Shown piece after piece: positions 47,101 through 59,300 of a stretch of 64,000 nucleotides of DNA. The DNA is from Hormiphora californensis. Lineage: Eukaryota > Animalia > Ctenophora. The notes beneath the pieces are model-generated. The model was given only the letters and a program-made list of their open reading frames with translations, was not told where the DNA came from and ran no database searches. Made by a program: the position numbers and the translations under genes. The stretch is taken from the NCBI GenBank assembly GCA_020137815.1, contig CM035351.1, positions 3,348,001 through 3,412,000 of the forward strand. The letters are read 5' to 3'. Position 1 is the stretch's first letter. Every line of letters begins with the position of its first letter.

Positions 47101-49176
47101 GGGATACAACTATTAGTAAAGGGGTGGTACAGTCTGGAGATATTGAGGCTTTTCTTGTGGTAAGATCCTTCACCCTGGTCACATGCACTGTATAGTGTAT
47201 AGCAGGAAGCGACCGAATATTCGGTTCGGTTCGGTTCGGTTCGGAAATTCGGTGTTTTTTGGGCGGTTCGGTTCGGTTCGGTTCGGTAGGAAATTTTGGC
47301 CGAACCACCGAATTTTTTGGTCAAAAAATGCCCAGAAATCGGGCTTTTTCATGCAAAATTTTTCAATTATTTCACAAAAATTGTATGGATTTCAATGTCA
47401 ATTTCGCCGTATTAACCCTATTTCGAATCGGTGGTGCTATGTGGAAATGATTTCGCTAGTTAGCGGGTTCGATATGGATTGATTTGATACCTGACTTCCC
47501 GTCGAATCGTGTCCTCATGAGAGGGTCAACAAATTCAGAAACTTTTTTTTCAAAAAATTCATGGAGAGCACCGATCAAGGTGTTAAGAATCATTCTCTGA
47601 AATTTTGTAAAAAAGTTTGGAAAATATTTCAAAGTCAATTTTATGGAAAATTTTCTATGTCAATTTTTGCGTACGAATCGTGTTTCGAATCGGTATTGCT
47701 AAGCGGGAGTGATGTTGCTAATTAGTGGGTCCGAGATGGATTATGCTGATACGTGATCCCCCATCAAATCTAATTAGGAAGTTTAGGGGAAACGATTCAT
47801 GTTTCAATAAATCCTGCTAATTAGCGAGAGCACTGCCGCATAGCATCACCGATTCGCAACACGATTCATACGGCAAAATTGACATAGAAATTTTTTTCCG
47901 AAATTGACTTTGAAATATTTTGCAAAGTTTTTTCACAAAATTAAATGTTTCTCTAGAAATTCATGGAGAGCATCGATCAAGGTATTGAGAATCATTGCCT
48001 GAAATTTTGTGAAATTTTTTTTGTGAAAAATATTTTAAGTAAATTATGGTATACGAATCGTATTTCCAATCGACAATGCTAAACGGGAGTGATGTTGGTA
48101 ATTAGTGGGTCCGAGATGGATTGTGCTGATACGTGATCCCCCATCAAATCTAATTAGGAAATTTAGAGAGACACGATTCATGGTTCGTTTAATCCTGCTA
48201 ATTAGCAATACCATTCCCGTATAGCATTGCCGATTCGAAACACGATTCGTACGCAAAAATTGACATAGAAAATTTACGATAAAATTGACTTTGAAAATTT
48301 TTTCACAAAATTGACTTTGAAATTTTTTCAAACATTTTTTAACAAAATTTCAGAGAATGATTCTCAATACCTTGATCGGTGCTCTCCATGACTTTTTAGA
48401 GAAACATTTATACAGAAAAAGTTTTGTATGGTTCGGTTCGGTTCGGTTACCGAAATTCGGTTCGGTTCGGTTCGGTTCGGTTCGGTAAAAAAGTTTTTCA
48501 AATTCGGTTCGGTTCGGTTCGGTGGAAAAAAACCCGGTTCGGTCGTTTCCTGGTGTATAGAATCTTTGTTTTGTTCAAAGGGGGAAGGAGGGCCGAACAA
48601 GGCAATAGAATCTCGTGTACATGATAATGGTATTAGTGCACGATTAATTAGTCAGTTTAATTAGTCTAATTGTACTTGTCTCAGGTTAAAATCAATGAGA
48701 AGGAACCTCAGCGATACTGGTGTGTGTTAAGAGGAATGGTACTAATTTTATATGCGGGAAATTATGTAAGTAAATTAAGTGGACCCCTAAACTAGTCTTG
48801 GTCACATTGATACCTGAGTGAGATCGACGTCGTGCGCGACTGAGATCGATCTCACATATAGGTGGCAATGGTACCAAATACTAGTCCAGGAGCGCATCAA
48901 TCAAACTCCAATCTCCATCACATTATCTAATTAACTATCAGATAATTAACAATTAATTACAATTAATTAACAATTAATTACCAGGATAAGAGAAGTAAGA
49001 GGGAACTGCCGATACTGGGATATGACGTTTTAACCCCGCAACACGAGGACAAGGTTGACCCAGTTTCAACCCTGAAACTTTACCACAGAAACATGGTCCC
49101 CTGGTATCTAACCTTTACCAGCGATATCGAGAAGGATCGGTGGTATGAGATTCTTACAAAAGCAGCTTCACTTTGA
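41120..49176 (+). CDS. FGD-family Cdc42 GEF (acidic N-terminus, DH, PH, FYVE, PH)
   Basis: About 19 exons. DH: [36 protein letters not shown]|RMLLEDY. FYVE: [34 protein letters not shown]. Last PH exon 48985-49176. Start codon not fixed. Confidence 0.9.
47203..48552. mobile_element. hAT-superfamily non-autonomous element in an FGD intron
   Basis: 8-bp TSD GTGTATAG at 47195-47202 and 48553-48560. TIR CAGGAAGCGACCGAA / TTCGGTCGTTTCCTG. Sub-terminal (GGTTC)n arrays. Confidence 0.9.
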
Positions 49177-49957
49177 GAAAAGTGTGTTGCCTTGTGTGAG
49201 GGGCTTCATCAAAAAGACTGAAATTGTTGAGAATTTTTAGTGATTGAACTTTGAAATTAAAAGAGGAAAGAGCTGTCAGGCCAATGCTCTGACAAAGAAA
49301 GAGGGTTTGTGTGTGTGACACTGTGAAAAAGACACTGATTGTAATTCTGTCTGAACTGATTCTTTATCGTTTTTTATCCGGCCACAGTATTATTGACTCC
49401 AATTGTTTGAGACTGATCAGTGATGTTTACCAGTGGTAAAAATTGTGTTTACAGTTGATTGATTTTTGCTTAAATAAGTTGTTCTTTATTGTTTACCCTG
49501 ATTTACCGGCCCCCGAATTACTGGAACCCCGATTTTCATTTACCGGAAGGATACATTTCCATTTCCCCCGATATAGAAAATTAACGGTATCACACCCCAA
49601 TGATTATACCGGGCAAAACCTTTCCCCCGAGAATAACGGTAAATCGGGGTACTTATAGGCGGTGAATGGACAGTCCATTGGACTTTTAAATGTGTTGGGG
49701 CACGTCACGCCCTGCGGGAGGGGACGCCAAGACTTCAGTTAGCACTAGCAGGTCAAGGAGTTCTGAAGCTGAGCGAAAGGACCTGCTAGTGCTAGTGGTA
49801 GTGGTGGAAAGTGGAAACTCGGTTGTTAAATAGCAACAAATAAGATCGGTAGCATAGTCATTAGTCACTTCGACGATATTTCCCCGATATTTCATATATA
49901 ATTTTGTAAAAGCGGGCTAACCGCCTTTGTTTTGTGGTAGTAGTCAGTGATGATATA

Positions 49958-50746
49958 CAGTCGGACCCCGATTTAACGGCCCCCGATTTAAAATTTTTTT
50001 TGAAAATTTTTCAAAGGTGTACCAACCACGTCCGAATCGAGTTTCGAATCGGTGCATCTTATTGCATGTCTTGCCGGTAATTAGACGGATATGTGATCCC
50101 CATGGGGTCCATCGAATCGCAATTTTGACACTTGGTAAACTGGCGGGCCTCATGGGGATCACGTATCGGTTCGTTTCGAACCGTCTAATTAGCGACAGGA
50201 CGTGCGGTAAGATACACTGATTCGAAACAAGATTCGGACGTGGTTGATATACCTTTGAAAAATTTTCATAACTTTTTTTACGAAATTTTACAGATTGATT
50301 GGCAATGCTTTGATCGGTGCTCCCCATGAATTTTCAGAGAAAAAATATTTTGAAATTCCAATTCTTCCTTGCCCCGCTTTAAGTGCCCCGATTCGACATG
50401 GTATCACGTATCGGCTCGTTTCCAACCGTCTAATTAGCGACAGCCGACAGGACATGCGACAAGATGCACTGATTCGATAAACGATTCGGACGTGGTTAAT
50501 AAAGTACCTTAGAAAATGTTTCATAACTTTTTTAAATTTAAAAAAAAATTTCTTTTTCTAATCAGAAATAATCATGTAATCAATACATGGACATAGCATT
50601 TAACACTTAGAGGTGTTTTAGTATAGCATTTTGGGCAAAAATAGTGTTTTATGGGCCAAATATGCTCTACCCCGATTTAACGGACACCCCGATTTAACGG
50701 ACAAAACCCTTTCCCCCGAGGGTGCCGTTAAATCGGGGTCCGACTG
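49958..50746. mobile_element. Tc1/mariner (pogo-like) MITE
   Basis: TA|CAGTCGGACCCCGATTTAACGGC ... GCCGTTAAATCGGGGTCCGACTG|TA. Confidence 0.9.
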
Positions 50747-51917
50747 TACATCAATGATAACCGCTAAACAATTGCTAAAAATTGCCTGACTTTTTAAGTC
50801 AAGAACTCAACCTAAACATTATAATATCTATTAAATAAACGTCACAAAAAGTTAGAAGATCATGTGAAATCGAGTTTCGTAGCAACGATATTGTACAAAT
50901 TGATCCTACACTATCTGGCGGTACCAACCCGATCCGAGAGCTCAGAGCACTGTTTTGAGAACCAAAACGGGGCCGGGTTAGGCGCCGCCAGACATCTCCT
51001 GCATAAATCAAAATGTCTTTCTTGCTGTGGCTTCTATTTGAAGTTATACAGCTGTCTCTCAAACAGAATACAGTTAATTAGAATCGTTCAGTCCAACTTT
51101 GTGAAGAAATAGAGGAGAATCTTTAAGTTACTTTGGATAAAGCTCTGACAGTGGTAGGGTCCCGGTCAGTGCGACCCTTGACAGAGGAAGATCGAAACTT
51201 TTGTTTGCTAATTCCTTTCAGGATCCCATTCTTAGTGACAGAGAGACGGATACTGGTCCCAAATGATGCACGGTAGGATCGATTAAAATACCTGGAAGGA
51301 ATATGTGATTGTGTTAGTTGAAGTTAGTTTAGTAATCATAGTCTTAGAGTGGAAAAGGCAGATGTTATCACCTTGCCTTTTCAGTATTTAATGCAATTCA
51401 CCGGTTGTCCATACACAGTACACACACAAGGACCCCTATAGCAGGGGCCCTGCTAGGCTCTAACTTAAAATATGTGCCTCAATTCCCGGTATATATTGTC
51501 AGGCCAATGCTCTGACCGCAGTTCATTGAAGAAATAAGAACAGGGTCAATGCTCTAGCAGGGTATCTATATATGATCTGAATAGTATTAGTTTCAAGAGT
51601 TTTCAAGTTGCAAAACTCAACTCGTGCATCAGCGTTATACTCGCGGTGGTATGTTCACTTTTTATCCGCACCCAAGTTATCGAGAAATTGAATTATTTCG
51701 GAATACAAATAATCTACGCGATTGGGGTTTCGGTTCTAAGACAGTGGAAAAAAGTGAACATACCACTGTGTGCTTTATGAGTCACTCGAGCGAAACACTC
51801 TGTACCAAGAAAACTAAAACCAACACAGCTGCATCTGCAGCAGCTTTCAAGAGAGCATCATTTAGAGTATTCGTTTTATGAGAAAGCACTGCACTCACAC
51901 TCTCACATGACATGTGT

Positions 51918-54552
51918 CTAAGCAGGGGTAATTTCCGAACCAGGGACCACGCTGATTGGAGCTGCCACTGTTTCTTCCTCCGGAACAGGACTATAGGCAG
52001 TAGCCCCGGCAGCCCCGGTAGTGGAGAGTGACATGCGGGGAATTCCCGTCAACAGGGCTTTACTGCTTAGAGATTTTACCAGTTGTGCACCTCGCTTTAA
52101 ACTCTTTCTCATTTCGGCACTGTACCGCTTATTGAAGTACCTACAAGGGTACAAACAAAATAGGGGGAACAGGGGGGATGGTGTTATATTATAGATGGCC
52201 TGGGGTACAGTTGGGGAATGTCTGTCTGTCACCGACACTCGACAGACCTCGTTTTGATTCTCAAACGACAAACGACAGTGTGCTCACTGCTCAGATCGGG
52301 TCGGTCCGATTATATGTGTGCACTTACCAGTAAATAATTGGATTTAGGAGGCTGTTGAACCAGGTCATAAACGCAGCAAATGAAGCGTACTCCTGAAATA
52401 TAGCATCATTGGGTTACCCGGGCAACATCGGGTTACCATGACAACACACTTATTGAATGGCAGCTGTTTAACAGGCAGCTGTTTAAAGTGAGAGTGGACT
52501 GGATCAGAATTGGACAAGTTCGTTGTAGGTAGTAGAGAATAGCTCTCTGAGCATTTTGCGTTTTTACCGCTCAAAATCGACCCACCCATCACTGAGATAT
52601 TTTTGTTATGTTGGGAGAATTCCTGCTGGATCAGTATTTATCAAACAGGATAGAAACAATCCTTGTGTTTTACTAACACATTCTTTAAATGTTTAATATG
52701 CTGGCTTGCATTGCCCTGCTTCTGTGCATGGACATGTCAACCTCACTGCTTATATTCAGAATGTGTTAGTAAAACACTACGATTGTTTCTATTCTGTTTT
52801 ATACATACTGATTAAACAGGAGTTCTCCCAACATAACAAAAATATCTCAGTGATGGGTGGGTCGATTTTGAGCGGCAAAAACGCAAAATGCTCAGAAATC
52901 TAATCTCTACTACCTACAACAAACTTGTCCAATTCTGATTCGGTCCACTCTCACTTTAATGTACACAGGGGAGGAGAACTAGAAGGGGTGGAGAAGGGCA
53001 TGGGAAGGAGAAGAAGAAGAAGGAAGGATTGGGAAGGGGTGGACCGTGGAAGGGAGGAATGAGAAGGAGTGGGATAGTACCTTTGGAGGGATGTGGTCAG
53101 CCACTTTCAAGAACAATAGTATCATGATGGGAATGGTACAAAGGAGGAACCCCACCACCATACAGCAGATCATCTTGGTAGCGTAGAATCTTCTGCTCTC
53201 CTGAAGGGCCCTCCCCCGCTCACTACCAGTCCCACCAGTTTGGGTCCGGCGGAATATCTCAATTAGGATACGCGTCTAGGGGATGGAATTGGGGTAAATA
53301 TGAAATAAAACTTCATTAATGTGTTCTAGTGATAATCAAAGTATGAAGGTAGTACAATATAGCCAATTTGTGTAACCATGGTAACTTTATGTAACCATGG
53401 TAACTAACCTGAGTTAATAAGATGCTAGACCCAGCGAGAAGGCAGGTTATGGTATTGTAGAAGACAGTAAAGTACTTTGTTTTGATGTGGGATATATCGA
53501 TCAGACAGGATAGAGACCACGGGTAGAGGACAAACCCATTGAAACTTGGTAACATGGGCACTAGAGTTAGGCCAAACGAGTAGAAGTAGACCGATCCAAT
53601 TGCCACCTGAAATTACATGTGTAAAACTAGATGTTGAAGTACTAAACGTTATTGCAAAATGCAGTCTATATAACAGGCCTCGACTAGCTCTAGGTCTAAG
53701 TAGTATAGTATAGTCTTGACTCTTACCAGACATATAGTTTTGTTGGTTGTGAAGGTATTGTGTGGTCGAGTTATCAAAAAGAACCGCTGAATGCTGATGA
53801 TTGTGAGAATAAGTAGAGAGCAATTAAAACAACCAAACACCATCACACCAGACAGGTTGCAGGCTACCCCTGAGGACGGAGAAATGATTAGTGGGAGTTA
53901 TGATTAGCAGAATAAAGTGGAATCAGTATCTGCATATAGCCTGTCAGAGCAGTGGCCTGACCCTATTCTCATTTTGGAGCATACGAGAACAGATGTCAGA
54001 GCATTGACCTGACAGCATTGGCCTGACAGTGTATAGCCATAATATCCTACCTTTTCTCATGAACGCTAGACCGGGGTGTTCAATCATAGTTAGAATTACA
54101 GATGGGACTGCTAGAGATCCAGTTATCATGTCACAGACAGCAAGAGATATTATTATCAGACCAGTCGAGTTCCGCAGTGATTTGTCCCTGAAACAAGGCA
54201 TAATTTGTACACACATATGACAATGTCATTGACATATACATTCAATAATTGTGATACTGATTGACCAAGCAATTAATTGATAAGATAATTGCAACCTAAT
54301 TGGTACCATTGCCACCCATGTTCACTCCGTTAATAACGGCGTTATGAGCTCAAGATCTCGCTCACTAGGGGACCTATAGTAGGTAGCTGCATGTCACCAA
54401 ATTGGAACTTACTTTCCGAATGTAATGAGAACGAGAACATTTCCAATAACAATGGCAATGGATAAAGCAGCTAAGGCAGTTATATACAAATTCTGTACTG
54501 GCATGATGTACTGGCCCACCGTACCATTCCCATAACTTTCATACTCCGCCAT
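51918..54552 (-). CDS. Orphan rhodopsin-like (class A) GPCR
   Basis: 7 exons. N-terminal NGT sequon, TM1 IGNVLV, TM2 SLAVCD, TM3 C..ISIQRF, TM6 FLLCTIP, TM7 WFNSLLNPIIY, then helix 8 YFNKRY. Confidence 0.85.
52487..52955. mobile_element. Kolobok-like palindromic MITE in a GPCR intron
   Basis: TTAA|AGTGAGAGTGGAC ... GTCCACTCTCACT|TTAA, with arms of ~200 bp. Confidence 0.85.
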
Positions 54553-56331
54553 TTCCTATGGGTTACAAAAAAAAAGGATTTGATAGTGAATCTATTTCTG
54601 CAGAAATGCCTAGCTTTTACAAAAGATTTAAAAATTGAACTACGGCATACATGTACCGACACGAATTCCAAATCTCCAACAAGTACTGCATCTCTCAGTC
54701 TATATTTGCAATCTCTCTACCTCCATCTCTATCTCTCTGTAATTACTACCAGGAAATGAGCAGTTTCACACAACTGCTGTGAAACAATGATATTTGCAGT
54801 GTACACTTGCATCATGGATCAGAGTATGAATGAACTATCAAATATGAATAGTACACCAGGAGAGGAAGAAGGAGAGCCCAGGGAAGGAGAGGTGAAAGGC
54901 ACGATGATAAAAAGTACAGCAGTATCCAGGACATACTTGCTGAGTAAGGGGTGGAGCCCATTCACTCCTTAGCTTAGCAAAGACAACAACATCAAGGAGA
55001 TACCGATTCTTTCTGTACTTTGGAGAGCAGCTACAGCTACAGTATGGCACAGCTGGTATTACAAGTGCTCCTATTAGGAACAGCTGGTAGTAAGTGCTCC
55101 TATTCATTGCTATTATTATAGTGAAGAACAGCTTATAGCTACTAAAATGCGCAGGCCAGCTTAACCAAACTACTAGAGATAGAGATATAGATAGGGTGGG
55201 GGATAGAAATAGAGATAGGGATAGAGATAGAGATATAGGCACTCCCTATCTCTGCCTATTAGGCAGGGATAGAGAAACAAATGACCATGATATAGTAGCT
55301 GCAACGATACTATAGATAAGATTTAGAACTAATAGCTTGGACAATAAGATGAATCGGACAAATTGAATGGGCAGGATTAATAAGAAAATGAAACACACAC
55401 ATTGCAATGCTGTCTCTGCGCTGGCAAGTGCCCCGGGCAATGGCATTTGTACCAATTTCCCAATATATATTGTCTGACAACAGAAATTATACAAAGTATA
55501 AAAGCGATTGAATGCTCCTTTATCATGGCCATGGTAATATGTTAGATTCGGATCAACTAAGGGATCGGATTACAGAGGCGCACCCCAAGTACTTTCAGTT
55601 TCCCAGCCCATTCTTCCTGACCCTTCTTCCTGATGTGATCGCACCATAAATAAATAACCCCGCTGTAAGTCTAGTTGAATTCATATAGTTTGTCTGATTT
55701 GGGGAATTGTAGAAGACACCTTCACTTGAGATCCCAACAAGTAAAGTGAGTCCTAGCGGCATTCGCATCTTATCCTACGACCTTCGTGTAACAACGAACT
55801 GTTTCTCTAAATGAAAGGTAAATTCAGTTATTCAATCGATAAAAACAATATTAAAGATTTCCTCAATTTTCTTTCCAGGCCTTTCCAAATATTGAAATCC
55901 TTTTCATCTGCTGCTCACTATTCCGCCCAGTTTCTGCCCAGTTTCATGTCTATCTACTCAACAGCAGATATTGCCTACAAACACAGCCATAGATTCGCAA
56001 TTTGCGTGTTGGTAAAAGGGTAATAGCTCGTAGATTTATTCTTTTTACTCAATGACCAAAATATGTATTGTAAAATCCTCGTTATCTTTAGAATACTATC
56101 TTCTCTCCCCATCGGCCATCCTCTCTCTCTCTCCATCTATTCCCTCCACCACAATTCTCTCCCTCCCCAGCCACGGAGCCGCTCTCCCTCTCCAGTTTTT
56201 CAATTCTCCCCAGGTGCCTTTCCGTGACCACATACGACAGACCCAGGAGAAAAATGGTCGGTGAGTAGAAAATACACACACCGGACGATCTCACAGCCAG
56301 GGGACTCTTTCCTTTTTACATTTACTGAAAT

Positions 56332-59300
56332 ATGCTCACGTTTATCCTGTTCGTTTTGGTCCTCCCATCGTGTTGTAAAGGTAATTCTTTGTTTGGCTTA
56401 ATTCCTTGTTTTACTCCTTGGTTGAACCAGCTGTGCGAAACTTGGTAGCATGTTCTAGCTGTATATTATTGTCCATAACTAACTGTTTTTCTTGCAGCCC
56501 TGGTGACGTACAGTAACTATCCGTTCAACCAAGATTTCAAAGTATTTAACGGCGATACAACTCGACTCCCCAGTGGACTGGATTGCCCTACAGATATCTA
56601 CAGAGACTTTGTAAGTAGAACCTAGTAACCCATACTGTCGCAATAAGTCAAAACAACGAGTTTGCTATCAAATACACACACATTTTAAACCAAAACTTAA
56701 GTCGGCGGCAAACCAGCTGGCGTAGATGAGAAAATTATCTTTTTAGCACTTGGTAACCTTGTTGGTCGTAATTTGTAATCGATTTGTAACGATTTCAGAA
56801 TGAAACAGAGAGAAAGGAAATAAAATGTTCTAGGGAAAACTACACTTTTATTAAAACAGGTAAAAGAAGGAATTTAACATAGAACTAAAAACATATCCAA
56901 TGCTGCTGGTGTGCGGTCCATTGTCAATCATGTCAATCAATAACATTTTCAATAGATACATTGCCACAACCTGACGAGATAGCCTGGCGAACTTCTATAC
57001 TATCTGAGAAGTCGGACAGGGCACTTATCCAGTGCTGGAACGAAACCACATCGGGTTGGAAATGGAAAGCCCCTTTCCTCAACCAAGATAAAACTAAAAT
57101 CTGCTGTTCTCAAAACAGTTCCAAATGCGCCGATCTTGTTCTTTACAAGCGAGGTAAGTCAGTGTGTAGACCATCGAACAGGACAAGGAAATGTAACCAT
57201 GGTTTGCAGTACAAAACAAGATTTATTTTAGGAGGAAATCTACTTACTGAGCTCCAGAAAAAGATAGAAACTGGACATTATTTTCAAGTAAACTACAACA
57301 CAAGCTTCTTATATTTGGTAAGTAGAATTAAAGTAAGAGTGGCGCACCGTGTTTTCTCACAAAACTTAGTGGATGAACGGGGAGTACCACCAGGACCATT
57401 GGTACGGTATCGAAAATTTCCAATTCTGTCTCGTTCATTAGTTATGACGTAATATGTTCATTATTTCGACTTGTATAAAATTGCTCTACAGAAAAATCTG
57501 TGCATTGTGGATTGAAATGGATGCTTGCATCGTGTTCAGCGTCAAAAAATAGCCGGGGTACCAAATTTTGGTGTCTCTACCTTGTCTGTGACGCGAGATA
57601 TCGACAAATATCAAAAACGACCAAAGTGAGAGAAAGAGAGTTTGTTACAAGTGGGTGGCGCGCACAAACAACTAGCACCCAAAGATAACAAACTCTCTTT
57701 CTCCCATTTTTGATCGTTTTTGATAATTGTCGATATCTCGCGTCACAGACAAGGTAGAGACACCAAAATTTGGTACCCCGGCTATTTTTTGACGCTGAAC
57801 ACGATGCAAGCATCCATTTCAATCCACAATGTACAGATTTTTCTGTAGAGCAATTTTATGAAAGTTGAAATAATGAACATATTACGTCATAACTAATGAA
57901 CGAAACAGAATTGGAAATTTTCGATACCGTACCAATGGTCCTGGTGGTACTCCCCGTTCATCCACTAAGTTTTGTGAGAAAACACGGCGCGCCACTCTTA
58001 CTTTAATCAAAAAAGTGTGAATTGACAGTCTTCGAGTTAGCTGAAGACGTAAAACATAGCGGTCTGAAGTCTCGAAAGCTTTTATACTTTATTGATTTCT
58101 ATTTCATATTAGATGAAGACTCTAACACGCTCAAATTTAGGGAAATGTGGAGCTTCAGTTCAATTGTGGAAATTATAAGGTAAAAGAAGAACTATATCAT
58201 CCGATAGGCGATATTGTTATGCATTTTTATACCTACTACACTACCGGTTAATTGTATACTTGGTCCCCTTAATTAACAAATTGTGAAAGGTGTCCACCGA
58301 CAACGTATTTGTAATGGTAAAAGGCAAGCTGAATCCATGCGTAGTGTAGCGACAGAAGAACTGACAGAATGGTCGTTATTTTGACCGAATTGGTTTACAA
58401 TTGGATTAGGAAAACAGGAAAGCAGAAGGGAGAACACACATACACCGCTTGTGAACATAGAGATATGTAGCAGTAGGAACACAATAGGATAATCAAAGTA
58501 GGTTAATTGAGCTTAAAAAAGGCAAAATATAATGTCACTCGAAATTATCTAAAATCGAATGATCAAGCAACCTATATAAAATGCATTGTAATTATAATAC
58601 ATGCACATATAGATCTACACTTACTAATACTTTCTTGGGACGCATGGCACACTCTCACGTATTATTTGATCGATAGTCGATCATTTGAGTTGATATAGAG
58701 GCAAAGATTAAAGTTATCGATATCTTCGATATTAATTTCATATGACAAATCATCGATACACACTGTATATGCTTTGAACGTAGAGATAGAGATAGAGATA
58801 GAGATAGAGATAGAGATAGAGATAGAGATAGAGATAGAGATAGAGATAGAGATAGAGATAGAGATAGAGATAGAGATAGAGATAGAGATAGAGATACCGG
58901 ACAGGTTATTACTTTGGCTCCAATGCAACCTATTTTCGCTCCGCGAAGAATAGGCTCCCGGCCCGTGGACAGCAAGAACTCACGTGCGCGCGGTGTAAAG
59001 CACGTTTTTCAGCAAATCCCGCGCGACAGACTGTTTTGGGAGACCTTTTTAGCTGACCTAGCACTACTCAAACGTCAATTACCGCCTCATTTCGCATCGT
59101 GATGAATCGGCGGGTATTTTCCCATGCTCACAGGGCCATGACGATTCTCCCAGTACCCGCAGATTGTCCCAGGACCGAGTAGGAGCTTGCAGCCAGGTCT
59201 TTAAAGAATTGCCCATGTTTAGAGTCAATTTTGACCCACTATTCCTCAAATGCTGATACTCGCGGGTATTTTCCGTAAAACTAGAGACAATTACCTGCCA

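Noticed and set aside
47031-48664. TEPNR / FGSVR repeat ORFs
   Set aside because: They are translations of the (GGTTC)n sub-terminal arrays of the hAT MITE.
51918-54552. Opsin
   Set aside because: No Lys at the Schiff-base position in TM7.
54838-55494. Hydrophobic ORFs upstream of the GPCR
   Set aside because: The GPCR already has a complete N-terminus from 54552. These ORFs have no motif or consistent splice model.
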